A stretch of DNA of 64,000 nucleotides from an uncultured Clostridia bacterium. GTDB lineage: Bacteria; Bacillota; Clostridia; Christensenellales; UBA1242. A program made the position numbers and the translations under genes. Positions 1 through 9,700 of the stretch are shown piece by piece. Below the pieces are notes generated by a model. That model worked only from the letters and a program-made list of their open reading frames with translations, searched no databases and had not been told where the DNA came from. The stretch spans positions 57,336-121,335 of the forward strand of contig CALBOE010000006.1 in NCBI GenBank assembly GCA_937896905.1, in the 5' to 3' direction. Position 1 is the stretch's first letter; each line of letters begins with the position of its first letter.

Positions 1-105
1 ATTATTTTACAAGAAATAAGTTAATATTACAATATAACTTTTTGTAAATTTGCATATTGCTTGACAAAACTTCTAAAAATTTTAAACTAAATTATAGGAG
101 AAATT

Positions 106-1875
106 ATGAAAAAAAGAAGTCAAATTGCAGAAGAATTGAAATGGGATTTATCTGGTTTAATTAAAAATGAAGAAGAAATTAAAAATATTTTTGAAATAAT
201 GCAAAAATTAACCGAAATTCTGCCAACTTACAGCGGAAAATTAGGAAATAAAGAATTATTATTAGAAAGGTTAACAAAATATCAGCCAGATTTTATTAAA
301 ATTCAAAAATTAGGTTCATATTTAGGCAACTGCTTTAACGTAGATTCAGCCAATGTAAAAATTTTAGAACTCAACCAAAAATTTAGCACTTTAAGCACCA
401 AACTTAATCAGGCAGATTCATTTTTCATGCCACAGATGTATGAGTTAAGCGACGAATATTTAACAAGCTTGCTTAACGATAAAAGATTTGCAGATTTCGA
501 CAATACAATAAAGGAAATTATTAAATTAAAACCGCATAAATTAGATGAAAAAACCACCGAATTGCTAGCAAAAATGGGCAGTTTTCTTGGCAACAATGAA
601 AATTTACACAGCATTTTAAACGATTCTGAAATGACTTTTGCCGACGCAGTGGATAGCAAAGGCAAAACCTACAAAGTGGATAATTCCACCTCGGCACAAT
701 ATTTGCGAAGCAAGGACGGTGTTTTAAGAAAAAGCACCTTCACTTCACGAATGAATGGCTATAAAGCACTAAACAAAACCTTTGCAGAACTTTATATTAA
801 AGATATGGAACTTGATAAATTTAGCACAGAACTAGCCCACTATCCAGACCTTTTAACCAAAGAATTATTGTTAAATGACATTCCTCGTTCCGTGTTTGAT
901 AACATTATAAACACAACCAACAAACAAATTCCGCTTCTTCAAAGTTTTGTTAAAACACAAGCAAAAATTTCTGGCAACAAGCAATTTGCATATTACGATT
1001 TATTTGAAGACAATAAAATTGGCGGGAAAATAGATATCCCACAAGCAAAAGAACTTATTTTAAACGCACTTCAACCTCTTGGTGAAGATTACGTTAGCAT
1101 TGCAAAGCGAAAACTAAACGATAAAACAATCGACTTCCTTCCAAATAAAAACAAATATTCTGGCGCATATTGTGCAAATTGCTTTGATGCCGACACTGTT
1201 ATTTTAATGAACTATCTTTACGATTACGAATCGGTTTCCACCCTTGCTCACGAACTTGGGCATTGCGTTAATGCTGAATATTTTAACAATAATCAGCCAT
1301 ACGAAAAAGCAGAAATAACAATTTTTGCAGCAGAAATTGCCAGCATTGTAAACGAAATTTTGCTTACTCAATATATGCTTAAAAATGCAACAACAAAACA
1401 AAAATCTTACTATTTGCACAAGTTTTTAGATGGCGTTAGAAGCACAATTTATAGGCAGGTTTTGTTCAGCGAATTTGAACTTTTTGCACATCAAAAAATT
1501 GAAAACGAACAACCAATAACCTATGCTGACCTTAACAAGTGCTATGCTGACCTTAACAAAAAATATTATGGCACATCTTGCAAATTACCTGAAGGGCTTC
1601 AATATGAATGGAGCAGAATTCCGCATTTCTATTCGCCGTATTATGTGTATGCCTATGCAACAGGTATGGTAACCGCAATAACCATTGCTTCCAGGGTTTT
1701 AAACGAAGCAAGCTTTGCAGAAAAATATATTAAATTCCTAAAAAATGGAACAAACAAAAATCCGGTTGAAATGCTTAAAGAAATTGGCATAGATTTAACT
1801 ACAACCGCACCGTTTGAAACTGCATTTAAATTCATTCAAACTCAACTAAACGAATATAAATCGCTTAATAAATAA
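106..1875 (+). CDS. pepF: Oligoendopeptidase F (M3B metallopeptidase)
   Basis: 589-aa ORF with zinc motif HELGH (STLAHELGHCVN). Overall PepF-like length and layout. AGGAG RBS at 96-100. Confidence 0.9.
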   Translation: MKKRSQIAEELKWDLSGLIKNEEEIKNIFEIMQKLTEILPTYSGKLGNKELLLERLTKYQPDFIKIQKLGSYLGNCFNVDSANVKILELNQKFSTLSTKLNQADSFFMPQMYELSDEYLTSLLNDKRFADFDNTIKEIIKLKPHKLDEKTTELLAKMGSFLGNNENLHSILNDSEMTFADAVDSKGKTYKVDNSTSAQYLRSKDGVLRKSTFTSRMNGYKALNKTFAELYIKDMELDKFSTELAHYPDLLTKELLLNDIPRSVFDNIINTTNKQIPLLQSFVKTQAKISGNKQFAYYDLFEDNKIGGKIDIPQAKELILNALQPLGEDYVSIAKRKLNDKTIDFLPNKNKYSGAYCANCFDADTVILMNYLYDYESVSTLAHELGHCVNAEYFNNNQPYEKAEITIFAAEIASIVNEILLTQYMLKNATTKQKSYYLHKFLDGVRSTIYRQVLFSEFELFAHQKIENEQPITYADLNKCYADLNKKYYGTSCKLPEGLQYEWSRIPHFYSPYYVYAYATGMVTAITIASRVLNEASFAEKYIKFLKNGTNKNPVEMLKEIGIDLTTTAPFETAFKFIQTQLNEYKSLNK

Positions 1876-1926
1876 TTTATAAAAGATTGCAAAACCTAAT
1901 TGTAAATGCTATAATAGGAGTGAATT

Positions 1927-2295
1927 ATGCTGGATAAAAAGTCAATTTCCGTGTTAAAGGCGCTTAATAAACTGTCAAATGGCACTGCATATAAGGTTAC
2001 AACCAGTGAGGAAATTATATCTTCACTAAACCAAAAATCGCAATATGATACAGATAGCATTAAGCAAATTATGGAGTTTTTAGAAAAGCAAGAGTATTTA
2101 ACAATTAAATTTAGCGAAGAAAACACATACTGCTATTCGCTTTTACCAAAAGCACGAATTGTTTTGGAGCAAGAAAATAGCAAACTTAAACCAAAACAAG
2201 CAAAAACAAAAGTTTGGCACTATGTGTTTGTTATGCTTGCTTCGTTTATTGGAACAATGCTTGCCCTTCTTATCTTCTTTTACGCAGCAATATAA
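1927..2295 (+). CDS. Hypothetical membrane-anchored protein with winged-helix-like N-domain
   Basis: 122 aa with a C-terminal TM helix (VWHYVFVMLASFIGTMLALLIFFYAAI). TTGCAA-17-TATAAT promoter just upstream and a GGAG RBS. Confidence 0.6.
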   Translation: MLDKKSISVLKALNKLSNGTAYKVTTSEEIISSLNQKSQYDTDSIKQIMEFLEKQEYLTIKFSEENTYCYSLLPKARIVLEQENSKLKPKQAKTKVWHYVFVMLASFIGTMLALLIFFYAAI

Positions 2296-2303
2296 GGAAT
2301 GTT

Positions 2304-2669
2304 ATGCTAACCTTTAAAGAAAAATATGTTATGGAATATGTTTATCAAAAGTGCCAAGGCAAGAAATCTTGCCTTATTTCGCCACGAGAAATTATTTCAT
2401 TTGCTGCAGATAAATATGTTTTATACGCCGACGAACTTGAAAAAATTATGACCAATTTAAGTTACGATAATTATATTGAACTTTTAAAGTCGGATAAAAA
2501 AGGTAGCCCAGTTTATTGCGTTTCACTAAAACTTAAAGGCGAAGGCTTTCACAGAGAACTAACAAACAACAAGCGCAATTTGTGGTGGAGCATTGGCTCT
2601 AAGGTGTTGCTTGCAATTGTTGGTGCTGTTGTTGCATTCCTAGTAACCTTGCTATTAAAGCAATTATAA
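2304..2669 (+). CDS. Hypothetical membrane-anchored protein, paralog of the preceding gene
   Basis: ATG at 2304 preceded by an AAGGA RBS; the track start at 2214 overlaps the upstream gene and looks like an artefact. Same layout as the neighbour: ~85-aa soluble domain plus a C-terminal TM helix. Ends 10 nt before uvrB. Confidence 0.6.
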   Translation: MLTFKEKYVMEYVYQKCQGKKSCLISPREIISFAADKYVLYADELEKIMTNLSYDNYIELLKSDKKGSPVYCVSLKLKGEGFHRELTNNKRNLWWSIGSKVLLAIVGAVVAFLVTLLLKQL

Positions 2670-2678
2670 CAAAGAATT

Positions 2679-4634
2679 ATGGAATTTAGAAATTTTGAAT
2701 TAGTAAGTAAATATAAACCCACTGGCGACCAGCCCGAAGCCATAAATTCTTTGGTGGAAGGCATTAAAGATGGCTTAACTTCGCAAGTTTTAAAAGGGGT
2801 TACAGGAAGCGGAAAAACTTTCACAATGGCAAACATAATTGCCCAAGTTAACCGCCCTACTCTTGTGCTTGCGCACAATAAAACGCTTGCCGCTCAACTC
2901 TGCAACGAGTTTAGAGAATTTTTCCCTAACAACAGAGTTGAATTTTTTGTTTCGTATTACGATTACTATCAACCCGAAGCATACATAGTTTCTAGCGACA
3001 CATATATTGAAAAAGACATGAGCGTTAATGACGAAATAGATAAACTTCGCCACAGCGCCACAAGTAGTTTGTTAGAGAGAAGCGACACCATTGTCGTTGC
3101 GTCTGTTTCTTGCATATACGGTTTGGGTGGGCCAGAAGAATATTATAATTTGCACATTTCCTTGCGTGCTGGCGATAAACTTACCCGTGAAGAACTTATA
3201 AGCAAACTTGTTGCAATTCAATATCAGCGCAATGAAATAGATTTTGCCCGTTCCACATTCCGTGCAAGGGGTGATGTTGTAGACATATTCCCGGCAGATA
3301 GCAGCGAACGTGCTATAAGAGTTGAGTTTTTTGACGATACAATTGAACAAATTAGCGAATTTGAAGTTGTTACTGGAAAAGTTTTAAACAGATTACAACA
3401 CGCAGCCATATTCCCTGCCACACACTATGCGGTGGGAAGTGAAAAACTGCAACAAGCTTTAAAACAAATTAAAATTGATGCACAAGAACGGGAAGAATAT
3501 TTTAACGCACAAGGCAAATATATAGAAGCGCAACGCATTAGAGAACGCACCAACTACGACCTTGAAATGATGCAAGAAATGGGCTATTGCTCTGGCATTG
3601 AAAACTACTCCCGCTATTTTGACGGAAGAAGCCCTGGAATGCCACCCTACACCCTTTTAGACTATTTCCCAAATGGTTTCCTTTTGTTTGTGGACGAAAG
3701 CCACATAACAATACCGCAAGTGCGTGGAATGTATAATGGAGATAGAGCCAGAAAAACAAACCTTGTAGATTACGGGTTCCGTCTTCCTAGCGCTTTTGAT
3801 AATCGCCCACTAGATTTTGAAGAATTTAACCGACGACTAACTCAAACAATTTACGTTTCAGCAACACCTAATGATTATGAACTTAACCTTTCGGGCAACA
3901 CTGTTGAGCAAGTTATTCGCCCAACCTATTTGTTGGACCCTGAAATTGAAGTTCGCCCAAGCAGTGGCCAAGTTGACGATTTATATGACGAAATTAACAA
4001 ACAAACGGCCAAAAAAGGCAAAGTTTTAGTTACAACTTTAACCAAGAAAATGGCAGAAGATTTATGTGCATATCTAGGTGAAAATGGTGTTAGAGTTAAA
4101 TACTTGCACAGCGATATAGATACTTTGGAAAGGGTTAAAATTTTAAACGAACTTCGTGCCGACGAATTTGATGTGCTTGTTGGTATTAACCTGTTGCGTG
4201 AAGGATTAGACCTGCCAGAAGTTACACTTGTTGCCATATTAGATGCCGATAAAGAAGGTTTCTTGCGTTCTGCAACCTCCTTAATTCAAACAATCGGGCG
4301 TGCCGCACGTAACAGTGAAAGTAAAGTTATTATGTATGCCGACAACATAACAGATAGTATGAAAAAGGCAATAGACGAAACTAACCGCAGAAGAGAAATT
4401 CAACAAGCCTATAACACTGCCCATAACGTTAAACCTGTTACAGTTAAAAAAGCAATTGTGGATACGCTTAAAATTAGAATGGATAAAAAAGAAGAAAAAA
4501 TGAGCAAGGCAGATATTATTAAAAACATTGAACAAATGAAAGGTATGATGCAAACTGCAGCAAATCAGCTAGATTTTGAAACCGCCATTAAACTCCGTGA
4601 AGAAATTGCCAAACTTAAACGAAAACTGCGATAA
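2679..4634 (+). CDS. uvrB: Excinuclease ABC subunit B
   Basis: 651 aa with Walker A GVTGSGKT, helicase motifs, and the C-terminal UVR coiled coil ([17 protein letters not shown]). Confidence 0.97.
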   Translation: MEFRNFELVSKYKPTGDQPEAINSLVEGIKDGLTSQVLKGVTGSGKTFTMANIIAQVNRPTLVLAHNKTLAAQLCNEFREFFPNNRVEFFVSYYDYYQPEAYIVSSDTYIEKDMSVNDEIDKLRHSATSSLLERSDTIVVASVSCIYGLGGPEEYYNLHISLRAGDKLTREELISKLVAIQYQRNEIDFARSTFRARGDVVDIFPADSSERAIRVEFFDDTIEQISEFEVVTGKVLNRLQHAAIFPATHYAVGSEKLQQALKQIKIDAQEREEYFNAQGKYIEAQRIRERTNYDLEMMQEMGYCSGIENYSRYFDGRSPGMPPYTLLDYFPNGFLLFVDESHITIPQVRGMYNGDRARKTNLVDYGFRLPSAFDNRPLDFEEFNRRLTQTIYVSATPNDYELNLSGNTVEQVIRPTYLLDPEIEVRPSSGQVDDLYDEINKQTAKKGKVLVTTLTKKMAEDLCAYLGENGVRVKYLHSDIDTLERVKILNELRADEFDVLVGINLLREGLDLPEVTLVAILDADKEGFLRSATSLIQTIGRAARNSESKVIMYADNITDSMKKAIDETNRRREIQQAYNTAHNVKPVTVKKAIVDTLKIRMDKKEEKMSKADIIKNIEQMKGMMQTAANQLDFETAIKLREEIAKLKRKLR

Positions 4635-4636
4635 AA

Positions 4637-4673
4637 AAACCGAGATTAAGGGCTAGTAATTTTGAAACTAGTG
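4637..4673. repeat. Left arm of the inverted repeat bounding the radical-SAM cassette
   Basis: aaaccgagattaagggctagtaattttgaaactagtg. Matches the reverse complement of 6140-6175 at about 31/37 positions; the outer 8 nt and inner 14 nt are perfect. Confidence 0.8.
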
Positions 4674-4674
4674 A

Positions 4675-4710
4675 AATCACTTTATTTATAAATAATAAAG
4701 TGATTTTTTT
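4675..4710 (+). terminator. Rho-independent terminator of uvrB, lying inside the cassette
   Basis: aatcactttatt / aataaagtgatt stem followed by a T7 run. Confidence 0.8.
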
Positions 4711-4727
4711 CTTATGCAATACTACTA

Positions 4728-4756
4728 TTGAAATATTTTACCAAATATGCTATAAT
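4728..4756 (+). promoter_or_regulatory. Sigma-A-type promoter of the radical-SAM gene
   Basis: TTGAAA (4728-4733), 17-nt spacer, TATAAT (4751-4756). GGAGAAAG RBS at 4763-4770. Confidence 0.7.
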
Positions 4757-4772
4757 ACTAGCGGAGAAAGTT

Positions 4773-5747
4773 ATGAAGATTAAAGACCTTTGTTTCGAAA
4801 TAATACAAAAATGTCCAAATAATTGTATGTTTTGTTCTTCCGAAAGCAATTTTGAAAAATGTAATATTGTTGATTTTGGAACTTTTAAAAATACAATAAA
4901 TCATTTTATATCTCTTGGTGGCATTAAAGAAATTTCTTTTAGTGGCGGAGAACCGATGTTGCACCCAAATATTTTTGATATGGTTAGATATTGTAGTGAT
5001 TTGGGTATAAAAACAACACTTTATACAAGTGGTATTGTATCAAGAACAGAACAATCACGAAGTGATAACATATATATTCAAAAAATCTTAAATCAACTTG
5101 GTAATTTTAGGGAAATATCTATTGAAGAATTTAATAAATTAGAAAGATGTGGATTGTCGAAAGTTGTATTTGATTTACAAGCAAGCGAAGTTGATGCGTA
5201 TAATGAACTAATGGGCACAAAAAATAATATGCCTTTGCTTTTAAAAACAATTCTTCATGCTTCTTATTTTTCTTTTGATAAGTCTATACATTTTATACCA
5301 AATAAAATAAACGTAAATCAAATAAAAGATGTATTGGAATTAACAGAACTTGCTGGCATTAGTGAGTTGAGAGTTTTAAAATTTGTGCCACAAGGTCGTG
5401 GGAAACAAAATCGAAAAGATTTACAATTAAGCAATGATGAACTACTTGCTTTTGTAAAATATGTAGAACAACTAACCAGTGATATTACAACAATAAAAAT
5501 AGGGATACCACTACTTAGCGAAAATCAACATATTTGCACGGCTGGTTACGATAAAGTTGTCATAAGATATGATGGACAGATATTGCCTTGTCCTGCATTT
5601 AAAGATATTGATTTAAAATCATTAGAACAAAAAGGTTTTAAATCTGTAAATATATTTCATAATTTGAAAGATTATCAAACTACCGAAAATTCTCATAACA
5701 CACCTTTATGTGAACAATTTGGTAGACATGAAGAAAAACAATTGTAG
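4773..5747 (+). CDS. Radical SAM enzyme with Cys-containing C-terminal (twitch/SPASM-like) extension, substrate unknown
   Basis: CPNNCMFC is a CX3CX2C cluster motif. GGEPMLHP SAM-binding motif. C-terminal CTAGY...DGQILPCPAF resembles an auxiliary-cluster region. ATG 4773 chosen over the track TTG at 4728, which coincides with the -35 box. Visibly more AT-rich than its neighbours. Confidence 0.85.
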   Translation: MKIKDLCFEIIQKCPNNCMFCSSESNFEKCNIVDFGTFKNTINHFISLGGIKEISFSGGEPMLHPNIFDMVRYCSDLGIKTTLYTSGIVSRTEQSRSDNIYIQKILNQLGNFREISIEEFNKLERCGLSKVVFDLQASEVDAYNELMGTKNNMPLLLKTILHASYFSFDKSIHFIPNKINVNQIKDVLELTELAGISELRVLKFVPQGRGKQNRKDLQLSNDELLAFVKYVEQLTSDITTIKIGIPLLSENQHICTAGYDKVVIRYDGQILPCPAFKDIDLKSLEQKGFKSVNIFHNLKDYQTTENSHNTPLCEQFGRHEEKQL

Positions 5748-5778
5748 TAAAATTACATATCTTAATATGGCACTTAGA

Positions 5779-5832
5779 CGTGTGCTTGTCATATACAAGT
5801 GTTCTCGCTTCGCTCGAACAGACAAGCACACG
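5779..5832. repeat. Long hairpin (12-bp perfect stem)
   Basis: cgtgtgcttgtc (5779-5790) pairs with gacaagcacacg (5821-5832). The loop contains a tcgcttcgctcga REP-like core. Confidence 0.7.
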
Positions 5833-5855
5833 ACTATAAACCAAATAAAGCAGAC

Positions 5856-5898
5856 AAAAAGCGAAAGTGTTGGTAAACATAACACACTTTCGCTTTTT
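5856..5898. terminator. Bidirectional rho-independent terminator downstream of the radical-SAM gene
   Basis: A5 run, gcgaaagtgt ... acactttcgc stem, T5 run. The stem can extend to about 16-20 bp. Confidence 0.75.
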
Positions 5899-5928
5899 GC
5901 TGTCTATATGTCGGCTAATTTATTCCAT

Positions 5929-6072
5929 GGTGTACTTGACAAGAGTCTCTGAAATGAGTTTTTCTTTTTTTACTAGTTAAGACAGAGAAACGATATTTGT
6001 GCTTATGGCTTTGCTTTTCCCGTTTCTCTGTCTTTTGATATTATGTTTTCATTTCTTCTCTTGTCAAGCACC
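5929..6072. repeat. Nested imperfect palindrome (~145 nt)
   Basis: Outer arms ggtgtacttgacaagag / ctcttgtcaagcacc. Middle block gaaatga / tcatttc. Inner 14-bp stem aagacagagaaacg / cgtttctctgtctt. Confidence 0.75.
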
Positions 6073-6095
6073 TTTCACGGCATAAAGTAGCCAAG

Positions 6096-6131
6096 AAAAA
6101 AGAGAACTAGATTTGATATTCTAATTCTCTT
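6096..6131 (-). terminator. Terminator of the 167-aa gene, lying inside the cassette
   Basis: On the minus strand: aagagaa ... ttctctt stem followed by a T-run. Confidence 0.65.
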
Positions 6132-6139
6132 AATTATTA

Positions 6140-6175
6140 CACTAGTTTCAAAAGTGCTAGACTAAACCTCGGTTT
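6140..6175. repeat. Right arm of the inverted repeat bounding the radical-SAM cassette
   Basis: Its reverse complement, aaaccgaggtttagtctagcacttttgaaactagtg, matches 4637-4673. It overlaps the last four codons and stop of the 167-aa gene. Confidence 0.8.
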
Positions 6176-6665
6176 CTTTTTCTTCCTTTCTTTTAAAAGT
6201 TATTGGTGAACCAATAACTTTAAAGCCATTTGTTGCCGCATATTCACCTAAAAAATATTCCAATTCTGCTTTTTTCTGTTCTTCTTGAATTAATTTAAAA
6301 TACTTAATATACTCTGCACCTATAACTTCACTATTAAATCTAACCCAATCTCTAGTGTCTTCTTTAGAGTAATAGCCATCAACATAAACCACAAAGTTTT
6401 TAAAAATATAGTTTTGGCCAGCAATGCACATTGTGTAGAACATATTGCCATCTTCATCTTTTCTTAATCTTAAACTCTTAATGCTTTTTTCGCCTGCCTT
6501 TGCCATTTGCATTTTATATTCTCTTTTTGCAAGCATTCTGGAAAGAATACCTTTCTTTTCAACTTCTGGCAAAACTTCTTGTTGGTAAGTTAACGTAGCA
6601 TTAACTCGTTTCCATCTTAAAAATTGATCCATATGTTGCTCATCAATTTCATAACCTATATACAT
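6162..6665 (-). CDS. Hypothetical protein (167 aa)
   Basis: Own TTGACA-16-TAAAAT promoter and AAGGAG RBS in 6666-6720. No motif recognised. Confidence 0.6.
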   Translation of the reverse strand: MYIGYEIDEQHMDQFLRWKRVNATLTYQQEVLPEVEKKGILSRMLAKREYKMQMAKAGEKSIKSLRLRKDEDGNMFYTMCIAGQNYIFKNFVVYVDGYYSKEDTRDWVRFNSEVIGAEYIKYFKLIQEEQKKAELEYFLGEYAATNGFKVIGSPITFKRKEEKETEV

Positions 6666-6728
6666 ACCTGCTCCTTAAAAGTGAAAACATTTTAGCACAT
6701 AATGCAAATTTGTCAATATGCCATCAAC

Positions 6729-6760
6729 AAAAAAAGAGTTAGAAATCTAACTCTTTTTTT
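6729..6760 (-). terminator. Terminator of the giant surface-protein gene
   Basis: aaaaaaagagttagaaatctaactcttttttt: a perfect hairpin flanked by A and T runs. Confidence 0.8.
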
Positions 6761-6762
6761 AA

Positions 6763-9700
6763 TTATTCAACGTCACCAGATTTAGCTTCGTCGTCGTTTT
6801 TGCTTTCTTCTTTTGCTTCTTCAACTTCAGCAACTTCTTCTTTAACAGTTTCTTCAACTTTTTCAACTTCAACTTCTTCAGTTTTGGTTTGTTTAGCTGC
6901 TTTAAATGTTTTGTTGCTTAATTTTTTACCTTTGCCGTTGCCACCTTTCTTTCCTGTGAAAGTGAAGAATAGGATTACGCCAGCAAGAATAACAAGAGAA
7001 ACAATAATTAGAACTACGCCAACAACAGTGTCGCTAACTTCTTTCGAACTGCCTTTGCTAATAACTTTGAATTTAAATTCCTTTACAGATTCATTTTGGT
7101 AACCATCTTTAGCTGTTATTTTTAGAATACAAGTTCCAGTTCCTTCAATGAAGAATTGGTGAGTTTCATCGCCTGGTTTAACAATTCCATCTTCACTTGT
7201 TAAGGTAACTTGTAAGTTTTCCCACAAAGTGTATAGATTTGTTGAATCTTCGCCACTGTCGTCTAAGTCGCTAAGGGTTAAACCTGTGTTATAAGTGTAA
7301 ACTTTTTTGCCATTGTTTGTAACAACAATTTCAACTTTTCTGCTACCAGATCTAACAATGTTAACTTTATATTCAAGTTTATCGCCAGTGTAGGTTATTT
7401 CTTGTTCTAAAACAGATTTAGCATCATTGTTTAAGGACATAATTGGTCCACGGTTATCTCCAACTTTAATTTCTAAAGTTTTTGTTAGTGGAACATCGCC
7501 ACAAGTTGCAGTGTACACAATTTTATAGGTACCAATATCTTCTGTTGTGTTAAATTGGTAAACTGTGTAGCCGTTAACAATAACTTCTTTAATGTCGTTC
7601 TCAGCTTTTAAATCTTTACCATTGAAGGTTGCCTTAACAGTAACGTCTGCTTTAATGTTGCCCTTGTGAGCGGTTAAATATGGTACTGTTACTGTTGAAT
7701 TTGTGCTTGCTTGTTTATAGTTATCCACATCAACGTCAGTATCCCATTTAAGTTCTGCATTTTCAATTTGAACTTTCCATGTTACTGGGTTAGATGTATT
7801 TTCGTTTCCAGCATAAGAACCCACAAAACGGAATGTGTAAGTTCCTGCTGAATAGAAGGTGTAAGAACCATCTGCATTTTGAACCCAATCTAAACCGTCA
7901 GCTTCAACAGTTGGATTTTTGGTTAGGTTTTGTTCACTGTAATCTTCTTTGGTTACAGGTGAGGTTAATTTAGCATCAAACGAAATTGTTGTTCCGTTGC
8001 TTCCTTTAATAATTCCACCATCATTATCGTCTTTAGAAACTTCTCCGTTATTAATAACTGTTGGAGTTACAGCCAAGTGTGGAGGAGTTGTATCTTTAAC
8101 ATTAAATGTGAAGTAAACATGAGTAGAATTGCCTGCATCGTCCATTGCTGTGTAAACAACATAATATGTGCCAACAGCTTTAGGAGTTATTGTTCCACCT
8201 GTGAATGATGTGTTAGAAACATATCCTTTGCCAGATGTTGAACGGAAGTTAATTGTTGCATTGCTTAGTGTTGCATCTGTTGGAAGAACGTAATATTTAA
8301 CGTCCCAACCAAGAGTGGTGTCTGCATCTGCAAATGAAATTTCTGGTAATGTAACAACAGATTCTTCTTCCCCGTTGTTACCATATAGTTTGTTAAGGTC
8401 AATTGTTTCTCCATTAACGAACGAACCGCCATTAATAATGGTTGGAATTGGAGCAGACGCATCTGTTAAGTCATTAATTTTTAAAGTTCTAACATCGGTT
8501 TTAAAGTTGTGTGCATCGTTAAGTGCCACTGCAACAACTGTTGCTGTGTCAATTTTTGCACGGCTTGCATCTAGTTCTGCTTTATTAAGTTCTGCATAAT
8601 TGTTAAGTTTTAAGTTGAAGGTTTTGCTATTTGCTTCGCTTGCTTCAACCATTTCAAAGCCTAGATATCTTGCTTCCATGTATGCTTTGAAAGCATCTAA
8701 GTCTAAGGCATTACCCACGCCATAGAAAGCACAAACATTGTGTTTAGAAGCTGCAATAGCTGCCGAGATGTCTGCTTCTAAAGTTGTTGCCGCATCTTTA
8801 GCTTTGTAGTAATAGAACATAGCATTTTTCAATCTATCGTCAGTTTCGTCTGAACTTGTAATGCTAATAGCCATTGAACCATCACTATCAATAGTTGCGT
8901 TGTTGTTTAGTTTGGTAAACTCAACTGTTGGTTTTGCACTTGTTGCGCTAACTTTATCGGTTGAAAGCACTTCAAGTTTATATCTGGTTGTGCCAGATTC
9001 GTAAAGGTAAGAAGTTTGTTTGCTAATTGTGTTAGAAACAACTTGATAGTACAACACATATTCGCCAGCATATTTGCTTCCGTCTTCAACGTTTTCTGCA
9101 AATTGGAAACGAACTGCTTTGTTAATTTTACCAATGTTTGCATCGGCAGAATAGTTGTAACCGTCTTCACCTTCTGCAACAGGAACTAAATTTGTATCTT
9201 CTAATTTGAGGTTATCTACATAGAACATTTTGTTGTCGCTAACTCTTCTTAACATACGAACAAAAGTAAATTCTTTAAATTCGCTAACCTTGTCTTCTGC
9301 ATAAACTGCTGGAAGATATAGTTCTGTGTAGCCGTATTCTTTTCTTAAATCTACAGCTGCATTTGTGTTAACATCGCCAACAACAGCTTTAACTGCTTGT
9401 GCGTCTGTGTCGGTTGTTAGTACATAGTCGTAAGCAATTTTAATTGATGGCTTAGAACTATCTGTAACAGTAAAGTTTTTAGGTGTTACTTCAATAGCTT
9501 TTCTTGTGCCATAAGCTGTTTTAACATTGTATTTAATTGTAACTTTACCAACAAGGTCGGCATAACTTTGAACGTTAAATGCTTCTTTTGTCATATCAAA
9601 AGTGTAGCAGTTGTTTTGCAAAGTTAAGGTTTTGTTACCAATTTTAATTTCAATGCTTTCAACGTTATGAGAAATGTTTTTGCCATAAGTGTCGTTTAAG

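Noticed and set aside
5710-5952. 80-aa plus-strand ORF downstream of and overlapping the radical-SAM gene, considered as a possible precursor peptide.
   Set aside because: It has no RBS, runs straight through two long perfect hairpins and a terminator, and has odd composition. It is most likely a by-product of the repeats.
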